A DNA stretch of 58,285 bases from an uncultured Candidatus Saccharibacteria bacterium (GTDB lineage: Bacteria > Patescibacteriota > Minisyncoccia > Phycocordibacterales > UBA2100), in contig CAYWZA010000004.1 of assembly GCA_964462785.1 (NCBI GenBank), positions 1 through 58,285 of the forward strand, given 5' to 3'. The position numbers were made by a program, and so were the translations under genes. This document shows positions 48,080 to 55,277 of this stretch, piece by piece (positions within the stretch are counted from its first letter, which is position 1; the number at the start of each line of letters is the position of its first letter). The notes under the pieces were generated by a model. It had not been told where the DNA came from and did no database searches. It was given only the letters and a program-made list of their open reading frames with translations.

Positions 48080-48332
48080 GAAGCCCCGCACGCCTCTTTC
48101 AGAACAGAAGAGCCGTACACCCCACCCTTTGCATCATTTCGATTTTGGGGGCGAAAATAAATGAACATGAGGAAAAGGGCGGGGTGTCGGGCCTCTCTGC
48201 TGAATCAGAGGAGGCGGCGGGGCGTGGTCGCGCGTGTACGGGGGCTCGAGTCACCTCGCGGGTGGCGCGTGCGTCAGTTGGCCGTCTGCTTCTCGAAGTG
48301 GGTTCGCGCGTCAGATACAATCTCACCGCAGA
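48080..48332 (+). repeat. 253-bp perfect inverted repeat, copy 2 (R1)
   Basis: Exact reverse complement of 39625-39877. It is GC-rich with many internal hairpins and an AT-rich centre. Confidence 0.95.
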
Positions 48333-48459
48333 TAGAAACTTCACCCGCCGTGAGCGCGGCGTCGCGAAGCGACGCGGCAGGGGGTGGCGGCAAAAGGTGG
48401 CGTCGCTGCGCGACGAATTGATAGGGTGAGGGAAAAGAAAGGTGGGGTGTTTTGTTTCG
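48326..48459 (+). repeat. 134-bp perfect inverted repeat, copy 1 (R2)
   Basis: Exact reverse complement of 49860-49993. It overlaps R1 by the 7-nt CCGCAGA. It contains two GCGTCGC/GCGACGC hairpins. Confidence 0.95.
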
Positions 48460-48473
48460 TGTAGAATGCGGGT

Positions 48474-50111
48474 ATGCTCAAACCAAAATATTTTCTATAC
48501 GCGCGCAAATCTACAGAGGACGACGACCGCCAAGTGATGAGCATCGAAGCACAGCTTTTTGAGCTTCGAGAGTATGCGCGCAAAGAAAATCTTGAAATCC
48601 TAGCGGAGTTTCAAGAGTCGAAAAGCGCAAAGACCCCAGGGCGAGAGATTTTTGGTGAACTGATGGCTCAGGTTGAGCGAAGTGAAGGTGTAGGTATCTT
48701 GGCGTGGCATCCCGACCGATTGGCTCGTAACTCCATCGACGGCGGCCGCATCGTGTATGGCGTGGACACCCGAAAGATTGTGTCTTTGCGTTTTCCGACA
48801 TTTTGGTTTGAGCCTACCCCGCAGGGTCTATTCATGTTGCAAGTGGCGTTTGGGCAATCTAAATATTATTCAGACAATCTATCGGAAAACATCAAGCGCG
48901 GCGTCCGCCAGAAACTGCGTCGAGGCGAATGGTTGAATCGTGCTCCCTTTGGCTACCAAAACAACCCCCGTATTCGCAATATCGAGCCACATCCTACAAA
49001 CGCACGGATTGTGAAAATAGCGTACGAAGAATACGCCAAAGGGACGCATGCGCTCGTCTCTCTGGCGCAGTTTCTGGCGGACTTGGGCGTGTTTACGAAA
49101 AACGGGACGCCACTTGCCAAAATTTCCATCAAAAGGATGCTCACGCACCGGGTATATCTCGGATTCGTGAAGCATGGGACGGAATGGTTTGATGGAAATT
49201 TTGAACCGATCCTTTCTCCCGCTTTGTTTGAAGCCGTGCAGAGCATTGTCAGTGGCAAGGCGCGGCCTCGCCATCGCAAAATCAAGCACGATTTTCCGCT
49301 CACCGACCTCTTCCGCTGTGCTGAGTGCAGCGGCATGATTTCCGCCCAATGGGCAACTGGAAAGAGTGGTGGACGATATCGCTACTATCGTTGCTCCAAA
49401 AAGCGCGGCCGCTGCACCCAACCGTATGTGCAGGAGTCGGAGCTTGCAGACAAAATACGGGCACGGCTTCAAACAATCTCGCTTTCCGATCGCTACACCG
49501 ACCACATGCTCAAAATGGTGGATGAGTCGGAGAAAACAGACAAAACAGCGTCGCAAAGCGAGATTCACCATCTTTCTTCTCGAATCAAAGCGGACGAGGG
49601 GCGCATGGAAAAATTGGTGTCGGCGTATTTGGACAACGACGTACCGAAAGACATCTATCTAAAGCGCAAGGACACGATCATGCGCTCACTCGCCGCTTTG
49701 CGGGAAGAACTGAAAGATGTTGAACGCGGGAGAAAGAATCGGGTCGAACCCTTGCGGGCGTTCGTTCTCGACTTGAAACAAGCCAATGTTCTCTCCTCGT
49801 CTGAGGATTTGCATGAAATCAAGAGTTTCGTCAAAAAAATCGGAACGAACCCCATTTTGCGAAACAAAACACCCCACCTTTCTTTTCCCTCACCCTATCA
49901 ATTCGTCGCGCAGCGACGCCACCTTTTGCCGCCACCCCCTGCCGCGTCGCTTCGCGACGCCGCGCTCACGGCGGGTGAAGTTTCTATCTGCGGAGAGAGA
50001 GGGATTCGAACCCTCGATCCGGTTTCCCGGATGCATGCTTTCCAAGCATGTGCTTTCGACCACTCAGCCATCTCTCCACTCTTTATAAACGGAACCGATG
50101 CGGTCATTTGA
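48474..50111 (+). CDS. large serine recombinase
   Basis: N-terminal resolvase domain (YARKSTEDDDRQVMSIEAQ), recombinase domain, Zn-ribbon CAECSG...YYRCSKKRGRC and a coiled-coil. The last ~83 codons run through repeat R2 and antisense to tRNA-Ser. Confidence 0.85.
   Translation: MLKPKYFLYARKSTEDDDRQVMSIEAQLFELREYARKENLEILAEFQESKSAKTPGREIFGELMAQVERSEGVGILAWHPDRLARNSIDGGRIVYGVDTRKIVSLRFPTFWFEPTPQGLFMLQVAFGQSKYYSDNLSENIKRGVRQKLRRGEWLNRAPFGYQNNPRIRNIEPHPTNARIVKIAYEEYAKGTHALVSLAQFLADLGVFTKNGTPLAKISIKRMLTHRVYLGFVKHGTEWFDGNFEPILSPALFEAVQSIVSGKARPRHRKIKHDFPLTDLFRCAECSGMISAQWATGKSGGRYRYYRCSKKRGRCTQPYVQESELADKIRARLQTISLSDRYTDHMLKMVDESEKTDKTASQSEIHHLSSRIKADEGRMEKLVSAYLDNDVPKDIYLKRKDTIMRSLAALREELKDVERGRKNRVEPLRAFVLDLKQANVLSSSEDLHEIKSFVKKIGTNPILRNKTPHLSFPSPYQFVAQRRHLLPPPPAASLRDAALTAGEVSICGERGIRTLDPVSRMHAFQACAFDHSAISPLFINGTDAVI
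49860..49993 (-). repeat. 134-bp perfect inverted repeat, copy 2 (R2, inverted)
   Basis: Exact reverse complement of 48326-48459. Its last 3 nt overlap the 3' end of tRNA-Ser. Confidence 0.95.
49991..50077 (-). tRNA. tRNA-Ser (anticodon GGA)
   Basis: 87 nt. Acceptor stem GGAGAGA/UCUCUCC, anticodon arm CAUGC-UUGGAAA-GCAUG, long variable arm UCCGG-GAAA-CCGGA, T arm GAGGG-UUCGAAU-CCCUC, discriminator G. No CCA is encoded. Confidence 0.9.
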
Positions 50112-50729
50112 TGTACCGAATGTCCGCATATACTTCGTAACAGCCTCCCCACTATACAGGTAGATACGACGTCCCTCGTCAGTAATATGAGGGGTAATTC
50201 GAAATTCTTCAAGTACGGCTGCTACTTGTCCAATGAGCTTTAATGAATGGCTGGTGAAGCATAGACCGATGTTTCTGTATTCCCTATTAAGCACATTATG
50301 GCGATGTACGTACAAACAACCGTCAGTATCCATGAGTCCTCGAACGCACTGACGTCGGTAAATCCTCTGACAAAGAATCCACTCGGGAATTTCTAAACCG
50401 TGCTTAAGTTTATTTCCTCTTGGTAGCCCGTTCCCAACAAGAAAATCAACCACCGCTGTACTGGACAAAGACACGACCAGGGTCTTTCTCTCCTTGCGTT
50501 TACGAATAGCGGGATGTATACCGAAAATACGGTAGCAAAGAGTGGCTACATATTTAGAGTATGTCGCATCCGCCTTCGAATTCAACGTGATGTTTGCTTG
50601 CCAATCGTTATTTATTCCGCCATCACCAAGCATGATGCCGAAAAATTCAGCAAGGTTAGGTGATGGTCGAGGGAGTGTGACGACCTTTCGATGGCTCTTT
50701 TTCGGATACCTGAGTGTGCTTGTTTCCAC
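50064..50729 (-). CDS. LAGLIDADG-family endonuclease (two-motif, free-standing)
   Basis: Motifs LAEFFGIMLGDGG and VRGLMDTDGC. The TGA stop lies 14 nt inside the 5' end of tRNA-Ser. Confidence 0.8.
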   Translation of the reverse strand: METSTLRYPKKSHRKVVTLPRPSPNLAEFFGIMLGDGGINNDWQANITLNSKADATYSKYVATLCYRIFGIHPAIRKRKERKTLVVSLSSTAVVDFLVGNGLPRGNKLKHGLEIPEWILCQRIYRRQCVRGLMDTDGCLYVHRHNVLNREYRNIGLCFTSHSLKLIGQVAAVLEEFRITPHITDEGRRIYLYSGEAVTKYMRTFGTSNDRIGSVYKEWRDG

Positions 50730-50775
50730 CAGTACAATATACCAGATTGATCTAGTGCCAAATTAACTACATACA

Positions 50776-51672
50776 CTAGACCTGCATTCCGCGAAGGGCG
50801 GAAAGGCGCTCAGGGATGGGCGGATGCGTAGAGAAGAGGCGCCCAATAAAACGCCCGGCTTCTGATGCGCCGAAGGGATTGGAGATGAAGAGGTGGGCTG
50901 TTGCATGATTCGCGCGGCGCATCGGCTCTTTGTAATCGCTGATTTTTTCAAGCGCGGAGGCGAGCCCTTCGGGGTAGCGCGTGAGCAGCGCACCGGAAGC
51001 ATCGGCGAGAAATTCGCGCCGGCGCGAGATAGCAAATTGCATGAGCTGTGCCGCGATAGGAGCGATGATGAGCGCGATAATCGCGAAAACCATCAGTATC
51101 GCGCCGGCTTTGTTGTCGCGATCTCCACCCCCGCCCCAATGCCCCATACGGAAAAATATATCCGCAAGAATGGAAACAAAACCAACTAAAACGACGGCGA
51201 CTGTCATCACCAAAATATCTCTGTTGCCGATGTGCGAAAGCTCATGCGCAAGCACTCCCTCGAGCTCGCTGCGCTCCAATCGTTCCAAAAGCCCTGTCGT
51301 GACCGCAATCGCCGCGTGCTCTGGGTCGCGCCCAGTTGCAAACGCATTCGGTGCCGCATCTTGAATCACATATACTTTCGGCTTTGGAAGCCCTGCGGTA
51401 ATTGCCAAATTTTCCACAATACGATTGAGCTCAAGCCACTCTGCACCCTCCGCCGGCTTTGCCCCTGCCGCCGCAATCGCCACCTTGTCGGAAAACCAAT
51501 ACGCACCGATATTCATCAAGATGCTTATTGCGACCGCAATCGGTAGCACCGCGGGCGCATTATATGCATACGAAATGAGCCAGCCGAGCCCGATCACGAG
51601 CAGAAAAAACGCAGTCATGAGCGCCCATGTCTTTCTAATATTTGATGATTTATTTGTATACAGTGATGCCAT
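50776..51672 (-). CDS. htpX: protease HtpX homolog (M48)
   Basis: GVLAHELSHIGNRD, four TM helices and a C-terminal STHPPIPERL. Confidence 0.88.
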   Translation of the reverse strand: MASLYTNKSSNIRKTWALMTAFFLLVIGLGWLISYAYNAPAVLPIAVAISILMNIGAYWFSDKVAIAAAGAKPAEGAEWLELNRIVENLAITAGLPKPKVYVIQDAAPNAFATGRDPEHAAIAVTTGLLERLERSELEGVLAHELSHIGNRDILVMTVAVVLVGFVSILADIFFRMGHWGGGGDRDNKAGAILMVFAIIALIIAPIAAQLMQFAISRRREFLADASGALLTRYPEGLASALEKISDYKEPMRRANHATAHLFISNPFGASEAGRFIGRLFSTHPPIPERLSALRGMQV

Positions 51673-51678
51673 ACTTAT

Positions 51679-51987
51679 TTACCTGCGTTTCTCGTTAGTT
51701 TTATATCCGTTATCTTCTGACCATAGCAGAAATAAACGCTTTTTAAAACCGCCTTTTTTCTCCTTGTTCTTTTCTTGTGCCAATTCCATTTCTTCAGGAC
51801 TAACTTTCTTCACTTTTTTAATTTCATCAATGACATCCTGTACGTCTGCGAGCTCTTCAATGAGCTCGCTGCGCGTTTTGGTGTGCACCAGCGCCGAGGC
51901 CTCTTCCTCTACTTTCTTGAGGAGCTCGGTCACAAATTCGCCTGCGCGTAACGTCCGCGTTTCAAACTGTACGCGCAAGCGCTCCAT
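51679..51987 (-). CDS. MazG-like nucleotide pyrophosphohydrolase (small all-alpha type)
   Basis: ELIEELADVQDVIDEI is EExxE/D-like. The family-typical N-terminal YNKLIRDKVP is encoded in frame upstream of the first ATG, so the true start is probably non-canonical (for example CTG at 52038). Confidence 0.55.
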   Translation of the reverse strand: MERLRVQFETRTLRAGEFVTELLKKVEEEASALVHTKTRSELIEELADVQDVIDEIKKVKKVSPEEMELAQEKNKEKKGGFKKRLFLLWSEDNGYKTNEKRR

Positions 51988-52047
51988 TTTCGCAGGAACT
52001 TTGTCGCGAATGAGTTTGTTGTAGTGAACTTTTCTCAGAAGCCCGCT

Positions 52048-52605
52048 TTAAAACTTCACTTTTACCGGTTCCTTGGCTGCAGCTTCTGATTCAGCGAGTT
52101 CGAAGAATTCGCGCGAGGTGAATTTGAAGAAATTGCCGATCAGATTGCTGGGGAATGATTCAAGTGCAGTATTGAGTTCTTGTACGACGCCGTTATAGAA
52201 ACGGCGCGCCGCCTGAATTTTGTTTTCCGTATCGGAAAGCTCGCGCTGCAGCTCGATGAAGTTTGTATTTGCCTTAAGGTCTGGGTAGCTCTCCGCAACA
52301 GCAAAAAGCGATTTCAGTGCACCGGTAAGCATGTTGTCGGCTTTGTTGTGATCACCCACACTTTGCGCACCCATCGCTGCCGTGCGCGCCTCCGTCACTT
52401 TCTGCAAAGTCCCCGCCTCATGCTGCATGTAGCCCTTTACCGTTTCTACCAAATTAGGGATGAGATCGTAACGCCGCTTGAGCTGCACATCGATATCAGA
52501 CCACGCCTCCTTAACGCGATTCGTCAGCGCGACGAAATGATTATAAGCCCACACTGCCCAGAGAATGATAACGGCGAGCGCCCCAAAAATAATATATGTT
52601 GTCAT
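52048..52605 (-). CDS. lemA: LemA-family protein
   Basis: N-terminal TM helix, then YNHFVALTNRVKEAWSDIDVQLKRRYDLIPNLVETVKGY, which is typical of LemA. Confidence 0.88.
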   Translation of the reverse strand: MTTYIIFGALAVIILWAVWAYNHFVALTNRVKEAWSDIDVQLKRRYDLIPNLVETVKGYMQHEAGTLQKVTEARTAAMGAQSVGDHNKADNMLTGALKSLFAVAESYPDLKANTNFIELQRELSDTENKIQAARRFYNGVVQELNTALESFPSNLIGNFFKFTSREFFELAESEAAAKEPVKVKF

Positions 52606-52710
52606 ATACGATGCATGATAGCACAAAAAACGTGTATGCCAGATGATTTGACTTGTGGGTTATAAGTGTGGTAAGATATTTCCGGTCTAAACAAGAGAAC
52701 GAGGTGCCGA

Positions 52711-53298
52711 ATGGCAATACACATCCCGCAGAACTGCTCGAAAATTCTTGTGCAGTTTGTCCTCTCGGGTCCAAATTTATGGGATTACCCGGGAATCAAA
52801 AATCTGGGAGCTGAAACTCCCGAGCAGGCAGAGGCGCGAAAGCTGCGTTCGCGGGAGCATCCGTCAGAGGAGCTGCTCTCGGACACAGGCAACTTCATGG
52901 GATTTATAAAGGCGTTTGCCGATCGCACTCTTACGCAGGCAACTGTGCAAGAACGGCTTGGCAAAAACGAGAGGTACTATCGCCTACTGAGCTTTGGGTT
53001 TGGCGTGCGCTCAGGAAATGAGCCGCTGCCAAGCGCAGAAGCGCGAAATGTGCTTGCAAAATTACTGTCAGAGAATTGGTCATCCCTGACCGTCACGAAA
53101 AATAACGTGCTCGTGAATGGCGTGCCGACCGATAGCTGCATGCTATCGATTCTGCTGCGGAACACCAAGGTAGCGCACATGCCGAAATACTATACGCTCG
53201 GCGAGGAAGTCGTAATCGGAGTACATAAGGTGATCAACACCACCCGCCAAGTTAACGACGCCAAAAAGCGTCAGTCGACTGAACTGTCAGGAGGCTAA
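52711..53298 (+). CDS. hypothetical protein
   Basis: 195-aa ORF with a GAGGTG RBS. No family recognised. Confidence 0.5.
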   Translation: MAIHIPQNCSKILVQFVLSGPNLWDYPGIKNLGAETPEQAEARKLRSREHPSEELLSDTGNFMGFIKAFADRTLTQATVQERLGKNERYYRLLSFGFGVRSGNEPLPSAEARNVLAKLLSENWSSLTVTKNNVLVNGVPTDSCMLSILLRNTKVAHMPKYYTLGEEVVIGVHKVINTTRQVNDAKKRQSTELSGG

Positions 53299-53299
53299 A

Positions 53300-53605
53300 A
53301 TGCTCACAATATTTTCGATCGCCTGCTTAGCGGTAATACTCATGGCGGTGGGATCAGCATGTGCGGAAAACTCGGACTATAGCGGGACCAGCGTATTAGG
53401 CACAATGCTCCTCGGTTTTTCCGCGGCATTGTACGTACTAGCCGGTGTGCTTATTGCCGACCTCAAGATGGGAAATGCCCTGAAAGACGCCTGCCTTTCG
53501 CAGGAGGCGCTCGCGAAAGAGCGCGAGGTCATCTGCTCGGTACCAGTGCTGTTTCGGGATGGAGTATTTGAAAAAGTACTCGTCCCGAATAAGCAAAACA
53601 AGTAG
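53300..53605 (+). CDS. small membrane protein
   Basis: 101 aa with two hydrophobic helices. It starts 1 nt after the upstream stop. Confidence 0.45.
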   Translation: MLTIFSIACLAVILMAVGSACAENSDYSGTSVLGTMLLGFSAALYVLAGVLIADLKMGNALKDACLSQEALAKEREVICSVPVLFRDGVFEKVLVPNKQNK

Positions 53606-53692
53606 GTGGTCATGTGGCCACGAACCACCCGTCGTTCTCCGGAACGGCGGGTGTTTTTTCTATCCTGCTCAATGCAAGACACTCGTTTGGAA

Positions 53693-54871
53693 CTAAATTT
53701 CATTCACCCGCGGTTGCAGGCGCACTGTCGCAGTATCAGTATGCGGCAATCCCGCATCATCAAAGCAGCGTAAGGTATACGTGGTTGTTTCGAAGAGTGG
53801 GCTCGAGTTGATACCGCCAATGGGGGACATGAATGTCGAATTGATGACCAAGTGCCCAAAGGAATCAACTCCGTTAGAGCCGCTCACGCGTGCGCACGAA
53901 GAAACGCCTGTCGCTGTCCAGGAAACACGCGCGCGCGAACCGCGCCGCACCACAGGAGTAGCTTCTATAGAAAGGGTCACCGGTCGTATGGAAATACCCG
54001 AGCCATCACCGCTTCCAGGAGTAAATGTGAATTCGCTGGTGTCGGATGCGCTCGAACAATCCGGGTCTCCGCCAATCCCCCAGTCCACAAGCCCGTCGCC
54101 ATCTCCGTTGTCGAGTCCATCGCTACATTGCGGAAGTGTCCCTCCGGGTTGTGTTCCAGGCGGTATGCCCGATGCGTCGGTACAAGTGAAAGTAAAACTC
54201 GTCCATGCCGAATAGAGATCCGTGCTGTCTTGCGCCCTCACGCGAATAGTCCTCGGTCCCTCTGTGGAATATGTGTGCGTTGCCGAAATCGGTATGCCTG
54301 ATGCCGCGTAGCCCGATGCCGGCACATAGGTGTTCTCATCGTTGTTTGCTATGCCATCGCCATTGCTATCGACGGATGCGTCCCAGTCGATAATGTAGTG
54401 GATGCCATCACCATCGGGATCGGTTGAGGTGAGTATGACGGTGTACGGCGTATTGATCACACATGCTCCGCTTCCAATGATGCTGGGAGTTGTCGGTGGT
54501 TGATTAGCGGGGGTATCAGTGGGGCATTCGCTATCGCCTGGGGTACAGGGGGTTTCAGTTGGCGGGTCGTCGGTCGGAGGGGGTGCTTGTCTGGTGCTGC
54601 CAGTCAGCGTCGCTGCAGCTCCACAAAAAGCACTACCGATGCCAAAAAAAGTGGACTGCCCACTGCATACCGTTCCTTCGCCGCTGGCACCTAGATATGA
54701 ACCAAACAGATTCTGGCTATACGCTGCAAGACCCTGATAAACCGATGTGACTCCACTTACCGCACGCGTGAATATATTATTCTGAAACTGCGCATGCGCC
54801 GATGTCGGCATCAAAAGGAGCGTCACTATAAGTAAAGGGATGAACTTCGATGAGGGTGTGTTGTTAATCAT
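53693..54871 (-). CDS. secreted protein with PKD/Ig-like domains
   Basis: Signal peptide KFIPLLIVTLLLMPTSAHA. A Pro/Thr linker is followed by DPDGDGIHYIIDWD ... THTYSTEGPRTIRVRAQD (PKD-like). The ORF is open to 54994. Confidence 0.6.
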   Translation of the reverse strand: MINNTPSSKFIPLLIVTLLLMPTSAHAQFQNNIFTRAVSGVTSVYQGLAAYSQNLFGSYLGASGEGTVCSGQSTFFGIGSAFCGAAATLTGSTRQAPPPTDDPPTETPCTPGDSECPTDTPANQPPTTPSIIGSGACVINTPYTVILTSTDPDGDGIHYIIDWDASVDSNGDGIANNDENTYVPASGYAASGIPISATHTYSTEGPRTIRVRAQDSTDLYSAWTSFTFTCTDASGIPPGTQPGGTLPQCSDGLDNGDGDGLVDWGIGGDPDCSSASDTSEFTFTPGSGDGSGISIRPVTLSIEATPVVRRGSRARVSWTATGVSSCARVSGSNGVDSFGHLVINSTFMSPIGGINSSPLFETTTYTLRCFDDAGLPHTDTATVRLQPRVNEI

Positions 54872-54938
54872 AGGTAAATGATACCCCTCACACCCACTGT
54901 GCGCAGAGGGGTATGTGGATATCCTGTTATTCCCTTTT

Positions 54939-55241
54939 TCAATTCTGAGCCATGTGTACTGCAATGCCGATATGTTTTTCGATGGCAGATACACGATCCA
55001 TTAGTAGATCAATTTCCTTTGCATAACCTAACACGCTACGTAGCTGTTCGGAGAGATCTGCGATTGCTTTAGTGTTCGCCTCGATGGTTCGCGTATGTGC
55101 ATTGATTTGGGCTTGCAAATCTAAGTGAACGGCTTGTAATGCCTCCTTGGTCGCCATTCGGTCCCGAATACCTGAGACATCCTCCTGAATTTCAGTAACG
55201 ATTTCCAAAATAGTTTTTATACTTTCATCCATATTGGTCAT
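54939..55241 (-). CDS. coiled-coil hypothetical protein
   Basis: 100-aa ORF with a heptad-like helical sequence. It lies downstream of the giant surface protein gene. Confidence 0.4.
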   Translation of the reverse strand: MTNMDESIKTILEIVTEIQEDVSGIRDRMATKEALQAVHLDLQAQINAHTRTIEANTKAIADLSEQLRSVLGYAKEIDLLMDRVSAIEKHIGIAVHMAQN

Positions 55242-55277
55242 TATACACTCTCTAATTTTATATCAAGAACTGCATCA

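Larger units (their letters stand above)
39625..49993. mobile_element. putative integrative element at tRNA-Ser(GGA) (copper-resistance cargo plus large serine recombinase)
   Basis: Imperfect direct repeats TCTGCGGnGAGA lie at 39625-39636 and 49987-49998, and the latter is the tRNA 3' end. The interior holds a recombinase gene, a metal-resistance operon and nested perfect inverted repeats. Confidence 0.5.

Noticed and set aside
48080-48332. The 253-bp repeat might be a tmRNA or tRNA-like gene. It contains GGGGTGTACGG / CCGTACACCCCACC acceptor-like strings and GTGGGTTCG.
   Set aside because: I could build no 5-bp T-stem with a 7-nt T-loop. The acceptor-like strings are not at transcript-end positions consistent with each other. 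There is no tag reading frame ending in a typical hydrophobic tail. The resemblance to the tRNA-Ser 3' end is better explained as att-site mimicry. This remains unresolved without Infernal.
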